Part shown: piece by piece, positions 57,876-64,000 of the stretch
Position numbering within the stretch: position 1 is the first letter of the stretch
How the letters are laid out: each line of letters begins with the position of its first letter
IMG/VR virus record: IMGVR_UViG_3300037419_000317
Reading direction: 5' to 3' (one strand)
DNA from: a virus
Length of the DNA stretch: 64,000 nucleotides
Notes under the pieces: generated by a model
What the model saw: the letters and a program-made list of their open reading frames with translations, nothing else
Database searches by the model: none
Told to the model about the DNA's origin: nothing
Program-made: the position numbers and the translations under genes

Positions 57876-58882
57876 TCCATTTCCTTCCCATATGATTCCT
57901 TTGATACCCACTCAAAAGCTTTTTCGTTCCAAGAACGGGTATATTCACGCCCAACACCAGTAAAGAAGTCGATTGCTTGATAACCTTGAACTGCCGTGTA
58001 GAACCATTCCTCGATTGCATGATCCTTTACATCAAAGATTGGCTGCACACCAAGAGAATCCAGACAGACATTTACACGATGCGCCACAAACGCTTTCATC
58101 TGTTCTGCCGTAATGCCTCGCAGTGGACCCTTCTCAAACAGCATATCTACAATACGCTCTTCGTGCTGAAGAATCTTTTCAGCCACCATTTCAATATTGC
58201 CGTAGAGGATATCTAGAGTTTCACCTTTAATCTTCAACTCTTTCAACACCTTTCGGAACAACGCAGCGCCTGCTTGCTGGTGAAGACCCTCGTCAATCAC
58301 ACTCTGGTTAATGCCGCGTACAGTATTGCTAATAAGGTTATTTCCGTTGCTCTGGAAGTTCTTAAACATTGCAAAGCTACTAAACAGAACCGCACCTTCG
58401 ATGATACTAAAAGCAGCTAAGCTCAACAAATCATCTTCGCCGCCAACAATACTGTCGAGGAACTTCACCCGATCATTCAAGACAGGATCATCAACATAGC
58501 TTGTATAAAATTCGTCAGTGTTCAGACCCAGTACTTCGTTAAGTTTATTGTAGAACGGAGCATGTACAGCCAATTCCATCATACCGAATACAGATGCCAT
58601 TCGTTGAATTTCTGGTCGTGGGTAAGTGTTCATAACACGAGTGAGCCAGTATTCAGTACCAACAAAAATCTCATACTTAACAAACAGCTTGAGTGCAGTA
58701 GTGACAGCGTGACGTTCAGCCTCAGTCATGTTAACAAGCATATCTTGCTTGTCCTTCTCCATTGCAATCTCATTACTAGTCCAAAAGCACTTTTCAAGCT
58801 GTGTGTTTGCAAACTCTACAAATTCTGGATAGTGTACAACATAACTATCAGTGAATGTTTTAATTCGTGGTTGTTTAGTCAT
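57872..58882 (-). CDS. nrdB: ribonucleotide reductase class I beta subunit (336 aa)
   Basis: AFSIIEGAVLFSSFAMF and VIDEGLHQQ ferritin-like metal-site motifs. GGAAGGGG SD. Confidence 0.85.
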   Translation of the reverse strand: MTKQPRIKTFTDSYVVHYPEFVEFANTQLEKCFWTSNEIAMEKDKQDMLVNMTEAERHAVTTALKLFVKYEIFVGTEYWLTRVMNTYPRPEIQRMASVFGMMELAVHAPFYNKLNEVLGLNTDEFYTSYVDDPVLNDRVKFLDSIVGGEDDLLSLAAFSIIEGAVLFSSFAMFKNFQSNGNNLISNTVRGINQSVIDEGLHQQAGAALFRKVLKELKIKGETLDILYGNIEMVAEKILQHEERIVDMLFEKGPLRGITAEQMKAFVAHRVNVCLDSLGVQPIFDVKDHAIEEWFYTAVQGYQAIDFFTGVGREYTRSWNEKAFEWVSKESYGKEME

Positions 58883-59457
58883 TACACCCCTTCCACTTTC
58901 TTTTCTTTCTTCTTCCGCTTTTTCTTCACAACAATCACTTCAGGGTTCTTATAATCTTCTGCGGTTTTAACGCTTCCATCCTTGCGATACTGAGAACCAC
59001 GAATATGAAACAGAATGTCTTCCAACTGTTTAATCTGTTCCGTGATAGATTGCTCTTCAGCTTTGTACTCAGCATCCTCTCGCTCGGGAATTTGCTGATC
59101 CAGCGCCCCCGGATTTCCATAAGAAGGGCACACATGGCTCATAGAATGAAGCTCAGCAAACAGAGACTTGTCCTGAATACTAGCAGCGATCATCCGGTCT
59201 TCCAAGCTGCCGAAAGGGCCTGTAAGGTGCTTACGAGCGAGTGACATGTCCCCACTAAATACATAGCCAACCTTTACTTCATTCTTCAATGTACGGTGCT
59301 GTGCAGCATAAATATGAATCCCTTGAGTGATGTCAAAACCTAACTGCTCCAGTACATCATTTACTCGATCAATGTTATCAATATGTACAAGGTCAAACTG
59401 ATTCATACCTTGCAGGGTGTCTGCCAAAAGCAGATCGTACGCCGATAGTGTTTTCAT
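58882..59457 (-). CDS. hypothetical protein with poly-Lys C-terminus (191 aa)
   Basis: TAATG overlaps at both ends. C-terminal VVKKKRKKKEKKVEGV. Confidence 0.6.
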   Translation of the reverse strand: MKTLSAYDLLLADTLQGMNQFDLVHIDNIDRVNDVLEQLGFDITQGIHIYAAQHRTLKNEVKVGYVFSGDMSLARKHLTGPFGSLEDRMIAASIQDKSLFAELHSMSHVCPSYGNPGALDQQIPEREDAEYKAEEQSITEQIKQLEDILFHIRGSQYRKDGSVKTAEDYKNPEVIVVKKKRKKKEKKVEGV

Positions 59458-59876
59458 TAATATGCCTTCCCACCAGCAGCTTCACGATTTTCCTTTTTAT
59501 GATCTTCCCTAGTCTGGTTGAACGCAAGCTTCTCTTTGACAGCGCCGCCTAGATCAAGGCCAAGTGCACCTGCCAGATCACAAGCTCGGATAAAAGCATC
59601 TGCCAGTTCCACCTCAATCATCGGACGATGTGGAAGCTTATCGTCCATCAGCCCTTTACGATGCCCCTCCATAGCCTCACTAATTTCACTGTGAGTAAGA
59701 CACAGTTTCTGTGCCACTAGAGCACCTGCCAGAAGTTCTTGTAGTGCGTCTTGAGGGTTGCGCACAATCTCTGCAAGGTTCAATCCAGTCTTACTGTGAT
59801 GCCACCAACCGGCTTTATAAGAAGCTCCGTGACAAATATCTACAAGATTGTTAATACTCTCTTTTACATCTTCCAT
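59457..59876 (-). CDS. MazG-like nucleotide pyrophosphohydrolase (139 aa)
   Basis: IEVELADAFIRACDLAG metal-binding helix. GGGAGGA SD before ATG 59876. Confidence 0.65.
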   Translation of the reverse strand: MEDVKESINNLVDICHGASYKAGWWHHSKTGLNLAEIVRNPQDALQELLAGALVAQKLCLTHSEISEAMEGHRKGLMDDKLPHRPMIEVELADAFIRACDLAGALGLDLGGAVKEKLAFNQTREDHKKENREAAGGKAY

Positions 59877-59890
59877 ACATCCTCCCTCAA

Positions 59891-60085
59891 TCAATCCTTA
59901 AATTTCCACTCGCCTTCCGCAAGCTTATCTGCCACTTCCCTGTAGGTGAAATCTACAGTTGCTTCACAGTGCCTGTATTTGACAGTGACGCTATATCCGT
60001 CTTTAGTGCGCTTTGCAAAATAAACATCAGTGTCGCCTTCGTAGATAGTAGTGAAGCTGAAGCTCTCCGAGTTTTCGTCGTCCAT
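59891..60085 (-). CDS. hypothetical protein (64 aa)
   Basis: ATG 60085 lies 2 nt after the upstream stop. Same frame as track ORF 59891-60115. Confidence 0.5.
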   Translation of the reverse strand: MDDENSESFSFTTIYEGDTDVYFAKRTKDGYSVTVKYRHCEATVDFTYREVADKLAEGEWKFKD

Positions 60086-60087
60086 GC

Positions 60088-60267
60088 TTAATCCCAATCC
60101 ACCCGATGACGCCACCCTTCAGTGCCGAAGTAATCGTCTTGGTCGCCCTGATCTAGCAGAGATTCAAAATTGCAGAGGACTTCTACAAAGCGTTGACCTT
60201 CTTCAGACGTGAGTGGCACGCCTGCCAGAATCTTACCAATGCAAATGTTGTATTCTTTTTCAGTCAT
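60088..60267 (-). CDS. hypothetical protein (59 aa)
   Basis: GGGGGAG SD. Internal ATG of track ORF 60088-60282. Confidence 0.5.
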   Translation of the reverse strand: MTEKEYNICIGKILAGVPLTSEEGQRFVEVLCNFESLLDQGDQDDYFGTEGWRHRVDWD

Positions 60268-60526
60268 CACTCCCCCACCCAAGTTCTACAGCTTTCTCAA
60301 GAGCTTTAATGACATTCTTCACATCACTCTTGCGAATGCAGAGGTAGGTTTCTTCGCCGTATTCACTATCTTTACTAACACGCTCTCCAGTAGACATCAC
60401 AACATAGCGTTCGTTGTAAGAAATTTTGTATGGGATTGCGGTTCCCGGTAGTGTGTTCTTGTACCCAAACAGTATAGTATCTATTTCATCTTTTTCAAAC
60501 ACTTCACGAATATCAATAGTTGCCAT
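60260..60526 (-). CDS. hypothetical protein (88 aa)
   Basis: GGAGAAATAA SD. Confidence 0.6.
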   Translation of the reverse strand: MATIDIREVFEKDEIDTILFGYKNTLPGTAIPYKISYNERYVVMSTGERVSKDSEYGEETYLCIRKSDVKNVIKALEKAVELGWGSDD

Positions 60527-60536
60527 TTATTTCTCC

Positions 60537-61487
60537 TTATTTACCATGATTAGTAAGACTATTCTGTTTAGTATGGTCTGAGACGTTTTTCCTGCTGCGA
60601 TTCATTTTACCACAATCCATACAGTTGTACAGGGCAAATGCAGAAACAGAAGTGTAGTATTTCTTATCAATCAAAGTAAGTTTATCACTTCCACAGCACA
60701 CACACCGTACTTTACCAGCAGGTTCGTACAATGCAACATTGGGGTGAGTCTTACTCCAATGGCGCAGTCTCATATAAACTTCTTCCAGCACCACTACGTC
60801 CTGTACGTTATACTCAAGCATTTCCTCAAATGCATCATCATCCATAGACATGCAGCGCGTCCATAAATCAAAACCGCTGTGGCTCATCTTGCGAGATAGG
60901 CCGAGGTAGGAAGCAATACTATCAAGGCTGTTGCTAGGAAACCGGAACTCAGCTTTGGCAATGCGCAGTGTGTCAACAATCTTAGAAGGGCTTGGTGGAG
61001 TCATACCAAGAGCCACCATTCGGGTTTTGATAAGAGGAATGTCGAACTTCTGTGCATTGTGAGCTACAACCAAATCAGCCTTGTCCATCAATTCTGCAAG
61101 CTCTCGTACCAACACTTCATCATTACGAGGCTCATAGATTCGATTGGAGACAATGGTTTCTTCACCTAGCCACTTGGCAGAATATGTAAGAAGATAACCT
61201 TCTTGCACAACCTGTTTCTGGCTTACATTCTGATCCCATCTTCCCCAAACATATGCAGTGGTAGGAGCACATTCTACATCTAGTAAGAGAATCTTAGCTC
61301 CCTGCGGCACATGGCCTTCTACGACATCCACTTCTACTTTCTTAAAATTGAAATACTTGCGGAGATAATCACTCACTGTAGACTTAGCTTGGTCAAGTTG
61401 TCGTGCAATTTCTCGCCAAGACATTTCGGGGTACTCGTTAGCAAGCTTTACAGACAACACCTTCCAATCTTCTTGTTGCTCGTTCAT
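60537..61487 (-). CDS. RNaseH-fold 3'-5' exonuclease (PolB-exo-like) with N-terminal HTH and C-terminal zinc ribbon
   Basis: ILLLDVECAP (Exo I-like), VVAHNAQKFDIPLI, HTH SWREIARQLDQAKSTVSDYLRKY, and CVCCGSDK...CMDCGKM. Confidence 0.65.
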   Translation of the reverse strand: MNEQQEDWKVLSVKLANEYPEMSWREIARQLDQAKSTVSDYLRKYFNFKKVEVDVVEGHVPQGAKILLLDVECAPTTAYVWGRWDQNVSQKQVVQEGYLLTYSAKWLGEETIVSNRIYEPRNDEVLVRELAELMDKADLVVAHNAQKFDIPLIKTRMVALGMTPPSPSKIVDTLRIAKAEFRFPSNSLDSIASYLGLSRKMSHSGFDLWTRCMSMDDDAFEEMLEYNVQDVVVLEEVYMRLRHWSKTHPNVALYEPAGKVRCVCCGSDKLTLIDKKYYTSVSAFALYNCMDCGKMNRSRKNVSDHTKQNSLTNHGK

Positions 61488-61529
61488 TCACTCTCCTTCA
61501 ATTTGTTCTCCCTCCAAACTAATCTAAGC

Positions 61530-61706
61530 TCACTCGGCAACAGGCTCATTCTTTGGAGTGTCTTTGTTAGCTTTCATTTGTTTGTTGTGCTTCTTCTGCA
61601 AATCTTCTAGCGCAGTCTCTTCAGGAACTTTATTCAGGTCTTCTCGAATACCCTTGAGTTCTGCCAGAATAGCTTCCAGTTTTTCGTGTGCATAAACGTC
61701 AATCAT
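61530..61706 (-). CDS. hypothetical protein (58 aa)
   Basis: ATGA overlap with the upstream stop. Hand-translated as MIDVYAHEKLEAILAELKGIREDL... Confidence 0.5.
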   Translation of the reverse strand: MIDVYAHEKLEAILAELKGIREDLNKVPEETALEDLQKKHNKQMKANKDTPKNEPVAE

Positions 61707-62284
61707 TCCACCAACCCTTTCTTCAAATCGTCTTGACGAGCTTCATACGAAGCAATTAGCCGCCTCTGAAGCTCAATGTTTTGCTCTGCAAGCTTGATAC
61801 TGCTATTGAGCTGTGTAATTTGGCTGTTGATTTCCTTATTACGACGAATCTGCTCCGCAGTAAGTGATGGCGGGATGTAAAGCTTCCAACTACCGTCTCT
61901 CAACATTTCTTCAATTTTGGAAGCGTTGTACATTGCCAAATCGCCACGGTTTATGGTTCGCTGCTCCTCTAGAGTCTTACCATAGTATGTACAAGCCCAC
62001 ATGTCTCCAATTTTATGCATGGAGTATTTATCAAACGAACTTATGAAATGGAACAAGTCTGGATATTTACTCTTGGGTTTGTCCTCAACAATAATCCAAA
62101 CTCCTTCTGCAAGCCAATCTTCAACGGTGTCAATGCGCAACTTATCCCACACGATAGGTTCATTGATATGTTGGTTCCAACCTCGTGCCCATTTCACCTT
62201 CACAATGCTCCCCTCTGCCTTGGCGCTATGAGTGAAGCCCGGATGCTCTTTCAAGCGAAATTGAAATTTGTTTTGTAGGTTCAT
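61703..62284 (-). CDS. hypothetical protein with C-terminal coiled coil (193 aa)
   Basis: AAAGGAGAAAC SD. Consensus promoter upstream. Confidence 0.65.
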   Translation of the reverse strand: MNLQNKFQFRLKEHPGFTHSAKAEGSIVKVKWARGWNQHINEPIVWDKLRIDTVEDWLAEGVWIIVEDKPKSKYPDLFHFISSFDKYSMHKIGDMWACTYYGKTLEEQRTINRGDLAMYNASKIEEMLRDGSWKLYIPPSLTAEQIRRNKEINSQITQLNSSIKLAEQNIELQRRLIASYEARQDDLKKGLVE

Positions 62285-62314
62285 TGTTTCTCCTTTAAGG
62301 ATTTTGTAACGCCT

Positions 62315-62343
62315 ATTATACGTTGATTCTTACCATCTGTCAA
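62315..62343 (-). promoter_or_regulatory. consensus sigma70-like promoter (minus)
   Basis: Minus strand reads TTGACA-N17-TATAAT. The -35 overlaps the HNH stop codon. Confidence 0.75.
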
Positions 62344-62885
62344 GATGCACTACGAAGAATCTTTTCTACAGCTTTTCTACGCTTGTCAGGATTGCTTAGA
62401 TGAGAATCACTATATCCGTAATCGTAGCAGAACTGTTTTACTTCTGCAACAGACTTTTTAAGAATGTTGATTACTTCCTTTTGAAGCCTAGCCTCATCGA
62501 AGGAAAGTCCTTCTCTCTCCGCATAAGATTTCACCTTATGACAAGGCTTGCAAGCAAGACACCAATTATCATTTGTATCAAGCAGCCTCCAGAACCACTC
62601 GATAGCCTCTTCTTTATTACTGAAAGAGCCAGCCTGCTCGATGTGGTCAACCTCGAAAGAAGACGCTGAGAACATTCCATTACAGTAAGCACAGTACCCG
62701 ACACTCTTAGCGCGCCCTTTGTAGCCCTCGGGTGGAGGAATCATTTGGCGCTTCTTCCATTCTAGCTTAGCAGGGTAGCGTGACCAGATGGAACGGAAAG
62801 CTCCCCTAAGGTAGGTCATGAAAGCCTTCTCGTCTTTCCAGATTTCGGGGAAGGATTGCCAAGGCTCTTTATTCTTCACTCCCAC
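62340..62885 (-). CDS. HNH endonuclease (181 aa)
   Basis: CAYCNG...FEVDHIEQ...WCLACKPCHKVKS His-Me finger. GTG start after a GGAGAG SD. Confidence 0.75.
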   Translation of the reverse strand: MGVKNKEPWQSFPEIWKDEKAFMTYLRGAFRSIWSRYPAKLEWKKRQMIPPPEGYKGRAKSVGYCAYCNGMFSASSFEVDHIEQAGSFSNKEEAIEWFWRLLDTNDNWCLACKPCHKVKSYAEREGLSFDEARLQKEVINILKKSVAEVKQFCYDYGYSDSHLSNPDKRRKAVEKILRSAS

Positions 62886-63253
62886 TTAGTCTCTCCGCAG
62901 AGGCGACATTGATAAGAAGACTCGCCTCGCCACTCTCCTTGATAACTCCAGTAATGCTGACATACTAGGCGTTTAGCTCTCAGTGCTTCTGCATCAGATT
63001 TCTTTCGTCTGTGATCTTCTACCAGCTTAATCTCTTCTTCAGACAACTCCAGAGTGCTGTAATCAACCTCAAACGTCACGCCAGCAAAGATAATGTATTG
63101 CTTCATCTTTTTGCTAACAATTTTATTGTCAACCTTCTCCGAGAAATCCTCTACTCGATAGTGAGAGTACGTCTGCTTGACGGCTGGTAAAGAAATTAAT
63201 TTTTTAAATTGGTCTTCTGTAATAACAAGTGTATTTTCTTCAGTTAGAGTCAT
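62876..63253 (-). CDS. hypothetical protein (125 aa)
   Basis: GGAGGTG SD before ATG 63253. C-terminal CQHYW...CRLCGETKW. TTG 63286 is the alternative start. Confidence 0.55.
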   Translation of the reverse strand: MTLTEENTLVITEDQFKKLISLPAVKQTYSHYRVEDFSEKVDNKIVSKKMKQYIIFAGVTFEVDYSTLELSEEEIKLVEDHRRKKSDAEALRAKRLVCQHYWSYQGEWRGESSYQCRLCGETKWE

Positions 63254-63282
63254 CAATACACCTCCGACATTTTTCCAATTTA

Positions 63283-63489
63283 TCAATAAGTAGATGGATA
63301 GACATACCCCTCCGCTTCATTCAAAGCTTTAGCAATCATGTGTGCAGAACCTAAGCTGCCTGTCTTGCACACAACTTCGCCAACCCACACACAAGTGTCA
63401 ATTACACGATAGCTAAAGAGTCCATTCGTCACCATGTACCTCACAGGGAAGGATTTCTGTTCGGTTTGTTCTTGTTCAGACCTCAACAT
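63283..63489 (-). CDS. hypothetical protein (68 aa; start uncertain)
   Basis: ORF track. 14-nt overlap with the upstream gene. Confidence 0.5.
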   Translation of the reverse strand: MLRSEQEQTEQKSFPVRYMVTNGLFSYRVIDTCVWVGEVVCKTGSLGSAHMIAKALNEAEGYVYPSTY

Positions 63490-63697
63490 AAACTACACCC
63501 TCCAGCATGGCTCGTGCCTCTACAATCAAACCAGCCACAGCAGCCACTACCCAAGCGTGAGGCATGAACGTGGCAGGATCTTCACAGTAGGTTGGACGAA
63601 CTTCTTGCAGAGCTACAATCTCTCGACAGTATTGGATAGCATTGTAAACATCTTCTTTGTCGAACGATTCAATCAGCACATCATAATTTTCATTCAT
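63476..63697 (-). CDS. hypothetical protein (73 aa)
   Basis: GGAG upstream. Overlaps the upstream stop. Confidence 0.55.
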   Translation of the reverse strand: MNENYDVLIESFDKEDVYNAIQYCREIVALQEVRPTYCEDPATFMPHAWVVAAVAGLIVEARAMLEGVVYVEV

Positions 63698-64000
63698 AAC
63701 ACTACTCCTAATTTTTCTAGTACGTTTTTAACATCAATCTTATCGTCAGGCTTTCTCAACATCATAGCCATCGTAAAACACTCTTGCATTACATATAACC
63801 AATCAATCTCCACATCGCCTTTACAACCTTGAACAACTTTCTTTTCAGGGTACAGTCTCTTAAAGATTCTCACAAGTGCTTCAAAAGCTTGTTTATCATC
63901 CTTGCAATCTTTAAGTTCATCGTAAGCTGATTTCGGCCCCCATCTAACGTCAGAGAAGCAATTGGCAGCGTAGTTGTCGGCGCTATCAGATGATCCCACT
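63694..64000 (-). CDS. hypothetical protein, 5' end probably beyond the window
   Basis: The frame is open to the window edge. The track start at 63999 may be an edge artefact. Confidence 0.45.
   Translation of the reverse strand, partial: VGSSDSADNYAANCFSDVRWGPKSAYDELKDCKDDKQAFEALVRIFKRLYPEKKVVQGCKGDVEIDWLYVMQECFTMAMMLRKPDDKIDVKNVLEKLGVVL

Noticed and set aside
27930-58882. Inteins or group I introns interrupting terL, portal, nrdA or nrdB.
   Set aside because: All four ORFs are continuous, with the expected motifs in order. The endonuclease genes are free-standing and lie between genes.

Overview
This 64-kb window is a segment of a large tailed dsDNA phage or prophage. The morphogenesis genes are siphovirus-type: tail tube, G/GT chaperone and a 1984-aa tape measure, with no sheath gene. 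I saw no rRNA, no CRISPR array and no obvious host chromosomal genes.

Layout:
(i) 1-17.2 kb is a rightward early arm of about 55 tightly packed, mostly tiny ORFs of unknown function. Near-consensus sigma70-type promoters (TTGACA-N17-TAnnnT) and GC-hairpin terminators cut it into short transcription units. The first ~2.5 kb is visibly GC-richer and carries an Ea22-like gene. Two long non-coding stretches (4.7-5.4 kb, 5.9-6.2 kb) interrupt the arm. So does a single leftward gene beside a GATC-containing iteron-like repeat array (14.3-15.1 kb).
(ii) 17.2-19.8 kb holds 1.1 kb of non-coding DNA with a G-rich island. It is followed by a small serine recombinase, then a convergent, overlapping HNH nuclease that carries a recombinase-like C-terminal module, then a stand-alone HTH gene.
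(iii) 19.9-25.4 kb holds leftward operons: HD hydrolase, ClpP-like protease, PhoH, PcfJ-like.
(iv) 25.5-53.8 kb is the rightward packaging/head/tail/lysis module. It contains a promoter-driven structured RNA plus tRNA-Thr and tRNA-Gly, TerL, portal, S49 protease, scaffold, a D/E-like decoration and capsid pair, the tail genes, a 1390-aa modular fibre and a GH19 endolysin. Three free-standing homing-endonuclease genes are interspersed.
(v) 53.9-64 kb is a leftward nucleotide-metabolism module: glutaredoxin-like protein, NrdA/NrdB, MazG-like protein, RNaseH-fold exonuclease and an HNH.

Best candidates for something new:
- the recombinase / HNH-recombinase-chimera island with its G-rich non-coding neighbour;
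- the iteron/GATC array with its lone reverse gene;
- the structured RNA-tRNA unit;
- a conserved dyad motif centred near -61 of four early promoters.

All family assignments come from motif recognition by eye. No searches were run.
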